64,000 bases of DNA from Fidelibacterota bacterium (GCA_046861385.1 JBHHTW010000006.1:29801-93800), one strand, 5' to 3'; positions 40,890-51,482 are shown, counted from the stretch's first letter. Numbers and translations are program-made. The notes: a model not told the origin generated them from the letters alone.

Positions 40890-41258
40890 ATGAATTTAGA
40901 CTTTTCAGGTAATACACCCATTTATTTGCAGATCGCTGATATGATTCGGGATGCGATTCTTTCCGGCGGATTGCAAGAAGGTGAACCGATTCCATCTGTT
41001 CGGAAAATGGCCGTTGATTATAGTATCAATCATCAAACCATTTTAAAAGCAACACAGATTCTTATTAATGAGAACCTGATAGAGAAAAAACGGGGACAAG
41101 GAATGTTTGTCAAATCCAGAGCGGTAAAGAAACTGCAGAAAAGTGAAACCCGTGTGTTTTTAGATAAAGAAATTCCCGCGTTTATCCGTCGCGCAAAATC
41201 GTTAAATATGAGCCAGTCTGAAATAATCGAAAAAATTAAAACAGAATTTGGAGAGTAA
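40890..41258 (+). CDS. GntR-family (YtrA subfamily) regulator
   Basis: PIYLQI, IPSVRKMA, KKRGQGMFV; short C-terminus; precedes ABC genes. Confidence 0.92.
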   Translation: MNLDFSGNTPIYLQIADMIRDAILSGGLQEGEPIPSVRKMAVDYSINHQTILKATQILINENLIEKKRGQGMFVKSRAVKKLQKSETRVFLDKEIPAFIRRAKSLNMSQSEIIEKIKTEFGE

Positions 41259-41259
41259 G

Positions 41260-42114
41260 ATGAACCATTTGGTAGAATTAAAAAATGTAAATAAGCGATT
41301 CGGTAGCACAAAGGCGCTGGATGATATTTCATTGAAAATCCCTGGCGGAAGGATTGTAGGACTTGTGGGACCTAATGGCGCCGGAAAGACAACCATGCTT
41401 CGTGCCCTCACTGGGTTAATTAGTTACGATGGTGAAATTTCAATTCTCGGCGTTGAACCCAAAAAAGACCGTCCAAAGCTCATGGAAAAAACTGGAGTCA
41501 TTCATGATATCCCTGTTTTACCGCCATGGATGACCGTCAATCAGGTATTGAAATTTCAAGAGAATATCCATCCTGGCTTTCATTTGTCCCAATGTGAAAA
41601 AATGTTGGAATCCACTGAAATTACTTTCAATAAAAAAATTAAACATTTATCCAAGGGAATGAAAACACAACTTCATCTGGCGATTGTATTGTCCTCTGAT
41701 ACTCAACTACTTATTCTGGATGAACCCACACACGGGCTGGACATTCTTTTCCGCAAACGATTATACTCGTCTGTTTTGGAGGATTATTTTGATGAAACAA
41801 AATCCGTTTTAATTTCAACCCATCAAGTGGAAGAAGTAGAACATATTCTAACTGATGTCATATTTATCAACCACGGGAAAATCATACTTTATGAATCTAT
41901 GGAACGTTTAAGTGAAAAATATGTCCTATTAACAGTCGCTGATGCAGAAGCAGAAAAAGTCCGGAAAATGAATCCATTAACAGAAAATTATCTGCTGGGG
42001 AAAAGAACCTTTCTGCTTGATACACCGGACAGAAAAATAATCGAAGAACTTGGGAAAGTATCACCACCAACAGTTGTTGATATTTTCATGGCGATTATGG
42101 GAGGTGCAGAATGA
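41260..42114 (+). CDS. ABC transporter ATP-binding protein (YtrB-like)
   Basis: GPNGAGKTT, LSKGM, LDEP, STH. Confidence 0.95.
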   Translation: MNHLVELKNVNKRFGSTKALDDISLKIPGGRIVGLVGPNGAGKTTMLRALTGLISYDGEISILGVEPKKDRPKLMEKTGVIHDIPVLPPWMTVNQVLKFQENIHPGFHLSQCEKMLESTEITFNKKIKHLSKGMKTQLHLAIVLSSDTQLLILDEPTHGLDILFRKRLYSSVLEDYFDETKSVLISTHQVEEVEHILTDVIFINHGKIILYESMERLSEKYVLLTVADAEAEKVRKMNPLTENYLLGKRTFLLDTPDRKIIEELGKVSPPTVVDIFMAIMGGAE

Positions 42115-43178
42115 ACCAATTAATCACTTTATTTAAACGGGAATGGTGGGAATGGAAACGGGTTATTTTCTGGACAATCGGCGTTTTCTCTTTTTTGCTG
42201 TTGCTTTCACTGGTTCCAATTAACCGTTTGTCAAACACCTTTGAATCTTGGGCGGAAGATGAAAAACTATGGTTTAATGACGAAATGTCTGTCTCATATA
42301 ATTTTGATGATGAAGACTTAACGAAAAAGGAAATTGAGGATATTAAAAAATCATTATTGGCTATCGGTATTGATATAAACGAAGAAGATGTGGGATTCAT
42401 AGATTCTTTAGTTATACACCATAAAAAAACAACAAAAGAACAGATGAGTAACTCGCCGTTAACGGTGATAAAACCATATGGTTACGGAATCATGTCCGGT
42501 TTTACTATTATTCAGGTACTGGTATTGTTTATTTCTTTATTTTATTTTTCCGATTCGTTGTACAAAGAACGATCCAACGACAGTACACTCTTTTTTAGAA
42601 GTCAACCGGTAAACGACAATTTTATTATATTTTCTAAACTAAAGGCAGGTGGAATTGGCATTATTGGATTGACCCTTGCCATGTTGATGATATTGTTGAT
42701 GTATCTGCGAATCGCTATCTTGATAATCAGTGGAGATCTTTGGGAATTAATTTCAGAACCAATAAGTCAGATAAACATATTTGGAGTATTCGGTGATCTG
42801 GTTCTAATTCAAATCGTATCGCTGCTATGGTTGAGTCCGTTGATTTTATTTATGATGCTTGTTTCAGCGACCGTATCAAACCGCCCACTCATTGTGGGAA
42901 TCGGAACCCCAATATTATTGGCTATCACTTTACAAATAGTATTTGGTGAAAACGCTTTTGTTGTGCAGATCGGGGACATTTTCGGCGCAATAACAAAAAT
43001 GATTACAAGCCAAGATTTGATAAGAGAAATGAAATTTGTCCCGGCTGGCGGAGTAGATTTGTTTGGTTCGTTTTGGGGTTATTTATTCTCGGTACGAACA
43101 CTGCTGTCACTATTAGTTGATGGATTATTTTATACTGCAACATGGCAGATGTACCGGAAGAATATTTCGACGAATTGA
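42111..43178 (+). CDS. ABC-2-type permease
   Basis: KREWWE, LYKERSNDSTLFFRSQPV, about 6 TMs. Confidence 0.85.
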   Translation: MNQLITLFKREWWEWKRVIFWTIGVFSFLLLLSLVPINRLSNTFESWAEDEKLWFNDEMSVSYNFDDEDLTKKEIEDIKKSLLAIGIDINEEDVGFIDSLVIHHKKTTKEQMSNSPLTVIKPYGYGIMSGFTIIQVLVLFISLFYFSDSLYKERSNDSTLFFRSQPVNDNFIIFSKLKAGGIGIIGLTLAMLMILLMYLRIAILIISGDLWELISEPISQINIFGVFGDLVLIQIVSLLWLSPLILFMMLVSATVSNRPLIVGIGTPILLAITLQIVFGENAFVVQIGDIFGAITKMITSQDLIREMKFVPAGGVDLFGSFWGYLFSVRTLLSLLVDGLFYTATWQMYRKNISTN

Positions 43179-43206
43179 GATGTTAGTACAAATATAAAAA
43201 GATGTA

Positions 43207-43292
43207 ACTGCAGAAGCTAATAGTTATGTCGAAAAAGGACATAAAAAGGGGAATGCAATCATATAACTGTGGAGCATAATAACAAAACCTAA
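43207..43292 (+). pseudogene. 3' remnant of a paralogous MDR oxidoreductase
   Basis: TAEANSYVEKGHKKGNAII (2-nt frameshift) TVEHNNKT*, matching the C-terminus of the following intact gene. Confidence 0.75.
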
Positions 43293-43310
43293 AAAACTGG
43301 AAGAATACTA

Positions 43311-44279
43311 ATGAAGGCAATTGTATATACGAAATTCGGATCTCCTGACGTTCTTCAACTAAAAGAGGTGGAAAAACCTGCTCCGAAGGACAATGAAATT
43401 CTGATAAAAATACATGCGGCATCCGTAAATGCATACGACTGGCGTCACATGAGAGCTGACCCGTTCCTAATCCGCCTAATGGGCGCGGGACTTTTTAAAC
43501 CGAAACACCCGATACTCGGAGCGGATATAGCTGGGCAGGTTGAATCGGTTGGCAGCAGCGTAAAGCAGTTTCAGTCAGGTGATGAAGTCTACGGAGAAGG
43601 CAGCTACGGAGGATTTGCTGAGTATGTATGTGTTGATGAAAATAGATTTGTGCTGAAACCAGCTAATCTAACACTTGAGGAAGCAGCGGCTGTGCCAATG
43701 GCAGCGCTCACAGCTCTGCAGGGTCTTCGCGACAAAGGACAGATCCAGGCGGGGCAAAAGGTTTTGATTAACGGCGCATCTGGCGGCGTAGGTACGTTTG
43801 CAGTACAAATTGCCAAATCGTTCGGGGCTCATGTAACCGGCGTTTGCAGTACACCAAAAATGGAAATGGTGAGTTCTATAGGTGCAGACCAGGTCATTGA
43901 TTACACACGGAAAGATATTACGAACAATGGCCAGCAATATGACCTGATTTTTGATATTGCAGCATACCGTTCAATTTTAAAGTATAAACGTATATTAAGC
44001 GCCAATGGAAATTATGTTTTGGCAGGAGGCTCATTGGTCCGAATATTCCAACTTATGTTTACGCCAATGATTGGGATGAAGAATATGGAACTTATGGTTG
44101 CGAACGTAAACCAAAAGGATCTGCAATACATTACAAAGCTTATTGAAGCCAGCAAAGTGAAACCGGTTATAGATAAACAATACCCATTAAACGAGACGGA
44201 TGAGGCTATCCGGTACCTTGAAGATGGATATGCTCAAGGTAAAGTCATCATAACTAATGAGCATAATAACAAAACTTGA
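43311..44279 (+). CDS. NAD(P)-dependent MDR-family oxidoreductase (quinone reductase/ADH-like)
   Basis: MKAIV, ASVN, GADIAG, INGASGGVG, GKVII. Confidence 0.93.
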   Translation: MKAIVYTKFGSPDVLQLKEVEKPAPKDNEILIKIHAASVNAYDWRHMRADPFLIRLMGAGLFKPKHPILGADIAGQVESVGSSVKQFQSGDEVYGEGSYGGFAEYVCVDENRFVLKPANLTLEEAAAVPMAALTALQGLRDKGQIQAGQKVLINGASGGVGTFAVQIAKSFGAHVTGVCSTPKMEMVSSIGADQVIDYTRKDITNNGQQYDLIFDIAAYRSILKYKRILSANGNYVLAGGSLVRIFQLMFTPMIGMKNMELMVANVNQKDLQYITKLIEASKVKPVIDKQYPLNETDEAIRYLEDGYAQGKVIITNEHNNKT

Positions 44280-44596
44280 TGTTAATATTTGACATCAATA
44301 TCTGGAAATCGATAAACAGAAAGAATGGACAGAGTAATAAAGAAAAAAATCTCTTATTAACCCTCTCTGCTTTGCAACGAATTCCCCACAATACCAACAT
44401 ACTGAATTGTCAATTCTATCCTATTTGTCGTGCTACGGCTATAAAAAATATTGGGGTCTGGAAACATCAAAAAATGATAAAATATTTATTAAAGGATTTT
44501 CTTATTTGATGTTTGGTATTTTTAAAATAGGAGAAATTTATGATGCGTACAGATCAGCGAAATATTATCAACACCTTCAAGAATAAGGATTGAATT

Positions 44597-44995
44597 TTAT
44601 AAAGATAGAATTCTATTTTTTGTAATTCTATCTAATCCTTTATCCAAACTATAGATTTTACGATCATTTTCAGATTCTGAAACAGCCACCAGAAATGCAT
44701 CAATTATATCTCCTCCAATTATTAGCCAGAAATCAAACATTAGTAGGTAAACTGACTTATTCTTAATGTAAAATCCAGGGATCATAAGTAAAGAAGAAAT
44801 GATATTAATAATTTTACTGCGATCTACTTTATAAAAGCTCTGCATCACAAAAATGACTTGAAATAGCACAATGTGTAAACATTCCACGGATTCTTCTTTT
44901 TTCTTAAGTCTTTTAAATAAACGATTAATCTCGGAAACATTATCTCCATCACCGACAAGATATCGAAGTATAACATTTGTATCAATCAGGTTCAT
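44597..44995 (-). CDS. vapC: PIN-domain toxin (VapC)
   Basis: LIDTNVILRYL, DIIDA, YSLD. Confidence 0.88.
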   Translation of the reverse strand: MNLIDTNVILRYLVGDGDNVSEINRLFKRLKKKEESVECLHIVLFQVIFVMQSFYKVDRSKIINIISSLLMIPGFYIKNKSVYLLMFDFWLIIGGDIIDAFLVAVSESENDRKIYSLDKGLDRITKNRILSL

Positions 44996-45234
44996 TTTTT
45001 CGTAAATCCTTCTTTTGTTGCTTTTTTAATTTCATCCTCGCTTGGAAATCCATATTTTTTGTATTCTTCCTTCAAGCTTCCGCTTAAATCTATGGTTTCT
45101 TCTACAACAGGATATAGATGAATACCTTCATCGTTGTAAGTCACATCCACATCATCACCAATTTCTAAGTGATATTTTTTTCTGATTTTTGCCGGTAGAA
45201 CAACTTGCCCCTTATTATGAATTTTCATTTTCAT
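44992..45234 (-). CDS. AbrB/MazE/SpoVT-family antitoxin
   Basis: KGQVVLPAKIRKKY..GD; overlaps toxin start. Confidence 0.9.
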   Translation of the reverse strand: MKMKIHNKGQVVLPAKIRKKYHLEIGDDVDVTYNDEGIHLYPVVEETIDLSGSLKEEYKKYGFPSEDEIKKATKEGFTKK

Positions 45235-45249
45235 AATGAATCCCTTTTT

Positions 45250-45269
45250 GTTATACTATAGTGTATAAC
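45250..45269 (-). promoter_or_regulatory. Palindromic operator over the TA promoter -10
   Basis: GTTATAC-N6-GTATAAC; minus strand TTGCAT-18-TACACT. Confidence 0.55.
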
Positions 45270-45361
45270 CTTTGCTTAATACTATGCAAGTATTACTATT
45301 TTACAGTTAAGATTATTTGAACAGATAGAATGAGAAGTGTATTTTTTCGTGCTTAATTATT

Positions 45362-45434
<73 letters not shown>

Positions 45435-45451
45435 CTTTTTCTATTTAATAA

Positions 45452-46033
45452 ATGAAATTCCAAAATAAATACAAAATAGAATCCATTCGATTGAAATATT
45501 GGGATTATTCAAATCCCGGAATGTATTTCGTTACAATTTGTACAAAGAAATTTTATCATTGGTTTGGGAATGTTATAGATGGAGAAATGGTGTTGAATAA
45601 TTTGGGTAAAATTGCAGAAGAATGCTGGAATGAAATTACCGATCATTTTGGAAATGTTGAATTGGATGAATTTGTTATTATGCCTAACCATGTTCATGGC
45701 ATAATTACAATATTGGATGTAGAGACACGGCGTGCCGTGTCTCTACTGGAACATATCAATAAATTCGGTCCATTGAAAAAAGGTTCACTCCCAATAATTG
45801 TTGGGTCTTACAAATCAGCCGTTACCCGATTAATCCGAAAACACAATACTCCCAATTTCGCCTGGCAACGCAGATTCTACGATCACGTAAACAGAAATGA
45901 AGATTCTTTGGAAAAAATTCAAATCTACATTCGGACAAATCCAGAAATTTGGAATAAAGATCGAGATATCATTAATGAAGATCGGTTATTTATAAAGAAA
46001 ATTTTGAACAAGGAAATATCCTTAAAGGATTAA
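45452..46033 (+). mobile_element. REP-associated tyrosine (Y1/HUH, IS200-like) transposase
   Basis: YFVTICT, MPNHVH (HUH), WQRRFYDH, YIRTNP. Confidence 0.9.
45719..45746. repeat. GTAG-type REP-like palindrome inside the transposase gene
   Basis: GTAGAGACACGG-CGTG-CCGTGTCTCTAC. Confidence 0.85.
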
Positions 46034-46085
46034 TTCATTCGTTTTTTCTTGAATCAATTTCAAGGGTGTAATGCCAGTGAATAAA

Positions 46086-46499
46086 TTACTCTACTTCCAA
46101 TAATTCCACTTCAAAAATGAGTGTCGAGTTAGAGGGAATGACACCCATGTCCCTGTCTCCATAGCCTAATTCCGGCGGAATGGTCAATTTGCGCTTTTCT
46201 CCAACTTTCATTCCCATTAGACCTTGATCCCATCCTTCAATCACTTGTTTGGCTCCCACTGTAAAACGGAAGGGATCTCTACCGGGGTTTAGAGATGAAT
46301 CAAACACAGAGCCATCTTGCAAGGTACCTGTATAATGCACCGTTACAATACTGTGTTTTTCAGCGGCCATCCCTGCGCCTTCATTCATAATTTCAATAAT
46401 GAGTCCGTTTTCCATAGTTGTCCTTTTCGTTTGGCAGCTTATCAATAATAAGGAAAAAATTAGTAAAATTCTTCCGTGTCGAGTTATTAAATAAAGCAT
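46086..46499 (-). CDS. FKBP-type peptidyl-prolyl isomerase (probable lipoprotein)
   Basis: VHYTG, FDSS, VIEGWDQG, IPPELGYG, TLIFEVEL; lipobox-like LISC; start moved to 46499. Confidence 0.92.
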   Translation of the reverse strand: MLYLITRHGRILLIFSLLLISCQTKRTTMENGLIIEIMNEGAGMAAEKHSIVTVHYTGTLQDGSVFDSSLNPGRDPFRFTVGAKQVIEGWDQGLMGMKVGEKRKLTIPPELGYGDRDMGVIPSNSTLIFEVELLEVE

Positions 46500-46537
46500 A
46501 ATTTCAATGTAATTTCCCATTGAGTTTACGAAGTACC

Positions 46538-47839
46538 ATGACAAAAACAGAGAATATGTTTTCATCAAAACACCTGCCTCCTTTGGCTGATCGCATTCGC
46601 CCAACCACATTAGATGCATATATAGGACAAAATCATCTTGTAGATAAAGACCGAATTATTCGTAAATCATTGCAAAATAAAAAACCCTTTTCCATGATCT
46701 TCTGGGGACCACCCGGTTCAGGTAAGACAACTCTAGCCAGAATCATTGCCAAATCTGTTGATGCAGTTTTTTATGAGCTCTCTGCAGTCTCAAGTGGCGT
46801 GAAAGACCTGCGTGAAATTATTGCAAAAGGCAAACGTAACCTTGAAACGGGTCTTTCGACGATTCTTTTCATAGATGAAATTCACCGCTTCAGCAAGTCT
46901 CAACAAGATGCCCTTTTACATGCTGTAGAAGAAGGGATTCTAATATTGATTGGAGCCACCACTGAAAATCCGTCTTTTGAAGTCATCAGTCCCCTTCTCT
47001 CTCGTTGCAGAACTCTGACTCTAAAATCACTTTCGAATGATCATTTGACCCATGTATTGACTAGGGCATTTGAGCTAGACATCCTTTTATCAAAAGGCGT
47101 TGTTCACATCGATGATGAAATCCGGGAAAAGCTTGTTCATTCCGCCGGTGGCGATGCACGAAAAATGCTAAATACTCTTGAAGTGGCCATTAGTCTGATC
47201 AATGAAAAAGGAATCATTACAGATCAAATTCTGCAGGAAGCTCTCCAAAGTAAAACACAACTTTACGATAAAACGGGCGATTATCATTATGATACCATCA
47301 GTGCATTCATCAAGTCCGTTCGAGGAAGTGACCCTGACGCCGCTGTTTATTGGCTGGCCGTGATGCTGGAAGGTGGAGAAAAACCGGAATTCATTGCCCG
47401 GCGGCTTATCATCCTCGCTTCGGAAGATATTGGCAATGCGGATCCACAAGGTTTAACCATTGCCACATCCGGGTTTCAAGCTGTCCACATGATCGGAATG
47501 CCGGAAGCTGCTATTATTTTATCCCAGATTACAATATATCTTGCCAGTGCGCCTAAATCCAACGCTTCCTATAAAGCTGTAAACAAAGCAAGGAAAAAAA
47601 TAAAGGAACATGGAACTCCAAGAGTACCTTTGCATTTACGAAATGCACCAACAGAACTCATGAAAAATTTAGATTATGGCAAGGATTATAAATATCCCCA
47701 CAACCATTCCAATCATTTTATTAATGAAAATTATTTTCCTGAAAATGTGCAGGAAACCTTCTATAAACCAACCCAATTGGGTTATGAAGAATTCATTTCT
47801 AAAAGATTGAAAAAATGCTGGCCAAAGCGGTATAAATAA
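46538..47839 (+). CDS. rarA: Replication-associated recombination protein A
   Basis: PLADRIRP, WGPPGSGKT, IDEIHRF, ISAFIKSVRGSD. Confidence 0.96.
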   Translation: MTKTENMFSSKHLPPLADRIRPTTLDAYIGQNHLVDKDRIIRKSLQNKKPFSMIFWGPPGSGKTTLARIIAKSVDAVFYELSAVSSGVKDLREIIAKGKRNLETGLSTILFIDEIHRFSKSQQDALLHAVEEGILILIGATTENPSFEVISPLLSRCRTLTLKSLSNDHLTHVLTRAFELDILLSKGVVHIDDEIREKLVHSAGGDARKMLNTLEVAISLINEKGIITDQILQEALQSKTQLYDKTGDYHYDTISAFIKSVRGSDPDAAVYWLAVMLEGGEKPEFIARRLIILASEDIGNADPQGLTIATSGFQAVHMIGMPEAAIILSQITIYLASAPKSNASYKAVNKARKKIKEHGTPRVPLHLRNAPTELMKNLDYGKDYKYPHNHSNHFINENYFPENVQETFYKPTQLGYEEFISKRLKKCWPKRYK

Positions 47840-47918
47840 ATTTTAAAAAAATTATGTTTTTTCACTATCCCCTAATCTCTGCCTGTTTGCTTGCAGGCAG
47901 GTCATATTCATACAGACG

Positions 47919-50900
47919 ATGCTTATGAAGCTTTATCAAAATATCAGATGGGGATGTGCCTTTTTTGTCGCAATGGTCTTATTTATTTCACAACTTTCGG
48001 CCCAGAGCAATCGCCTTCGATTGAAACAAGCAGATCTTTTAGAGAATAAAACAATCAACGGGCAATCCGTACAAATTCTTACCGGAAATGTCGTTTTTCT
48101 AAAGGGAGATATGACCATTACTTGTGATACATCCCATTATCAAGAAAAGACGGGACAAGGACTTCTTTCCGGCCATGTCATAATGAATGAGGGAGATCAA
48201 AATCTCACAGCTGACTTTGTCCATTATGATTCACCAAATGATATTTTTACCTGTTACAACAATGTACATATTTGGGATAATGATTATGATCTGATAGCAG
48301 ATACAGCTATTTATTATTCAGCACTAGACAGCGGTATTGCCAATGGTCATGCTCGAATGGATCAGCAACGGCAGCTTATCACTGCCGACATTTTACGCTA
48401 CGTGAAACACAAAGGTGATAAGGCAGTTTCTTATCGAGCTGAAAACCATGTTCGAATTGTTGAAGGAGAACGTGTAGCCACTTGCGGAACTGCTATATAT
48501 GACGTTCATAATGACCGGACTTTATTGCAACTAAATCCAAAATTGGAGGAAAAAACACGCATTTTAGAAGGAAGTGAAATCCAATTGTTTTATAAGGAAG
48601 AAGTCTTGGATTATGTATTCATTCCTTCTAAAGCTCATGTGGTTAATACATCAAAAGGCTTTCGTGAAACCAATGTTAATATCCAAGATTCAACCATCAT
48701 TAATAGAGCAATTATTTCATATAAGGATGATATGACTGGAAAAATATTAAAAGGTATCTTTAAGGATGGTCGTCTTGATTCTGTACGTTTGGAAGGAATG
48801 GCAACAACCTTATATCATATATTTGAAGATTCCGTTTATCAGGGAAATAATCTTGCTTCCGGCGATACCATTACCATGTCATTTCAAAACACAGACAGCG
48901 TCGAAGTTGAATTGAATCGTATCTATGTTTCAGGCGGATCCAGAGGCGTATTCACCCCTGATTCATCCAATCAGGATATGGACGCTCCCATTACATATTC
49001 CTCAGATGAAATTATTTACGATATTCTTTCGACAAATACGGATCTAACTGGTGAAGCCAATATTCAATATAACGATATTAATTTAAGCTCCGGCTTTATA
49101 AACGTAGATTGGACTAATAATTTATTGAGCGCATTTCCCACTTTCCCAGGAGACACACTCTCCTCAGTGGATAAACCATCCCTTCTTGAAAAAGGTAGAG
49201 ACCCAATGGTTGGGGATACTTTACTGTATAATTTGAAATCGCGGAAAGGTCGAGTGAAACAAGGGAGGTCTCAAGCTGATGACGGTTATTATACCGGTAA
49301 AGAAATACGAAATCGAGACAAAAAAGTCTACTACATTGAAAACAGTTCTTATACCACGTGTGACTTAGAAACTCCCCATTTTCATTTTGAAAGTAGAAAA
49401 ATGAAAATTATTAATGATGATAAGGTTATTGCCCGTCCTATCGTTTTATATGTCAGTCAGATTCCTATCATTGGACTGCCCTTTGGTATTTTCCCCCATA
49501 AAAGCGGTGGACGACATTCCGGATGGATCATGCCCGGTTACGGTGAAAATCGCGTCCGTGGACAATATTTTAATAATCTTGGATATTTTTGGGCTCCGAA
49601 TGAATACTGGGGATCCAAGTTCACGATGAGCTTTGGAGACCGCCAAGGATTTATTTTCCATTTAGATAATGCTTATAATGTACGTTATAAATTCGATGGT
49701 TCATTGAATTTGCAAAGCAGGCAAATATTGTCCGGAACAGATAATATTACCGACATTGGTTTAGACCGTACGACCAGTTACCAAGTTCAATGGCGGCATA
49801 CACAAAAGCTTCGGCATAATCAAAATTTACGTGTGAATGCACATTATTCCAGCAGTGGCGAATTCAACCGAAAGTATACATCAGATCCCCAGCAACGAAT
49901 GGGGCTACAGCAAACCATTTCAAATGCGACGTATTCAAAGAGCTGGCCTTCTATTAAAGCGTCAATGAGCATGAATTTATCTGCTAAGACAAATCTCATG
50001 GCTGATGACAGAATCGATTCCAATTCTGTGTTTTATATGAAACCAACGCGTGCGGGAATGGAAACCAATATTACGACGGCAACATTTCCCTCCATGAGTT
50101 TTCGTCTTGGGCAACGAAATCTGTTCCAAGATAAAGGTAGTAAACAAAGATGGTACAATAACATCTCCTGGAGCTATAATACGTCTCTCACCAATAATGA
50201 GCGTATTTATTATGAAACAGAAGAAACTATCGTCAATGATACAACGACCCAATATTTTTGGAATGATGAGAGACTCAATTTCAACGACAATGTTATGCAT
50301 CATTCCATGTCATGGAATGCGCCGACCAAAATCTTAAAATATATCACATTTAATCCAAATTTAAGTCTAAAATCAGATTGGGTAAACCACACGTTTGATG
50401 GTAGCCTGGACAGCAGTACAAATAAGATTCAGACAAAGGAAATACCCGGCTTTTCCATGCGGACTACGGGTAGTTTTGGAACGTCAATCAACACACAGAT
50501 TTACGGACTTTTCCCCATTAATATCGGAAAAATAATTGCAGTAAGACACGTTGTATCCCCCTCGGTAGGATATTCATTTACTCCGGATTTTTCAAAAAAA
50601 GTTTTTGGTCAGAATCTCGGCTATTATGAAACCATTCTGGATACATCCGGACAGAAAATCTTCCACGATCGTTTCGGCGGTACACTTGCTGGCGGGACAT
50701 CAAGGAGAGAATCCCAGTCCATGACCTTTGGTGTAAATAACAATTTTCAGGCGAAAGTGAATGATGGTGAAAAAGATAAAATCATCAATCTATTTTCCTG
50801 GCGGACCGGAACCAGTTATAATTTTGTCGCCGATCAATTTAAACTTAAACCGCTATCATCTTCTATCCGCTCCAAAATCGGCTCATCGAGTATTGATTTG

Positions 50901-51482
50901 CGTATGACCCATGATTTTTATGAATATGACAATATTCATAAACAGAGAATTAATAAATACAGAACATCAGAAAAAGGATACATTCTGCCGCGTTTAACAA
51001 AAGTGGATCTTTCTACAGGTTTTAAACTTACTGGAAGACGGTTTGGTGCAAGCCAGGATGCCGACACAACCCGCACAAATGAATTAATTGATTCGCTTAA
51101 CGTGCCTTCGTTATCTCGGGAAAATGTAAATAAAAATCCAGGCGGTATATTATGGACAACGAATTTCAGTATCGGTTACTCTTTAAAGAAATTCGATCCC
51201 CGGAATCCAATCAAGACTTTTTGGTTGAATACCAATTCAACGTTCAACGTTACAAAAAATTGGAAGTTGAGTTATTCCGCCCGGTTTGATCTCATTGATT
51301 ATGAATTGATCAGTCATCAAGTTACTATTCATCGAGATCTTCACTGCTGGGAACTAAACCTCTCTTGGACACCCAGTGGATATGCTTCCGGATTCTATTT
51401 ACGCATTAATGTAAAATCACCGACGCTCCGGGATATTAAAGTTGAAAAAACCGGTGGTATTCGAAGAATTATGCCATATTAA
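47919..51482 (+). CDS. lptD: LPS assembly protein LptD with extended OstA/LptA-like N-terminus
   Basis: YTTCD..PHF, SGWIMPGYGE, C-terminal RDLHCWE; long beta-jellyroll-type N-terminus. Confidence 0.85.
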   Translation: MLMKLYQNIRWGCAFFVAMVLFISQLSAQSNRLRLKQADLLENKTINGQSVQILTGNVVFLKGDMTITCDTSHYQEKTGQGLLSGHVIMNEGDQNLTADFVHYDSPNDIFTCYNNVHIWDNDYDLIADTAIYYSALDSGIANGHARMDQQRQLITADILRYVKHKGDKAVSYRAENHVRIVEGERVATCGTAIYDVHNDRTLLQLNPKLEEKTRILEGSEIQLFYKEEVLDYVFIPSKAHVVNTSKGFRETNVNIQDSTIINRAIISYKDDMTGKILKGIFKDGRLDSVRLEGMATTLYHIFEDSVYQGNNLASGDTITMSFQNTDSVEVELNRIYVSGGSRGVFTPDSSNQDMDAPITYSSDEIIYDILSTNTDLTGEANIQYNDINLSSGFINVDWTNNLLSAFPTFPGDTLSSVDKPSLLEKGRDPMVGDTLLYNLKSRKGRVKQGRSQADDGYYTGKEIRNRDKKVYYIENSSYTTCDLETPHFHFESRKMKIINDDKVIARPIVLYVSQIPIIGLPFGIFPHKSGGRHSGWIMPGYGENRVRGQYFNNLGYFWAPNEYWGSKFTMSFGDRQGFIFHLDNAYNVRYKFDGSLNLQSRQILSGTDNITDIGLDRTTSYQVQWRHTQKLRHNQNLRVNAHYSSSGEFNRKYTSDPQQRMGLQQTISNATYSKSWPSIKASMSMNLSAKTNLMADDRIDSNSVFYMKPTRAGMETNITTATFPSMSFRLGQRNLFQDKGSKQRWYNNISWSYNTSLTNNERIYYETEETIVNDTTTQYFWNDERLNFNDNVMHHSMSWNAPTKILKYITFNPNLSLKSDWVNHTFDGSLDSSTNKIQTKEIPGFSMRTTGSFGTSINTQIYGLFPINIGKIIAVRHVVSPSVGYSFTPDFSKKVFGQNLGYYETILDTSGQKIFHDRFGGTLAGGTSRRESQSMTFGVNNNFQAKVNDGEKDKIINLFSWRTGTSYNFVADQFKLKPLSSSIRSKIGSSSIDLRMTHDFYEYDNIHKQRINKYRTSEKGYILPRLTKVDLSTGFKLTGRRFGASQDADTTRTNELIDSLNVPSLSRENVNKNPGGILWTTNFSIGYSLKKFDPRNPIKTFWLNTNSTFNVTKNWKLSYSARFDLIDYELISHQVTIHRDLHCWELNLSWTPSGYASGFYLRINVKSPTLRDIKVEKTGGIRRIMPY

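Noticed and set aside
44276-44509. 77-aa ORF after the MDR gene
   Set aside because: No recognisable motif or RBS; likely spurious in AT-rich DNA.
46500-46619. N-terminal extension of FKBP overlapping rarA
   Set aside because: Antisense overlap; the lipoprotein signal begins at 46499.
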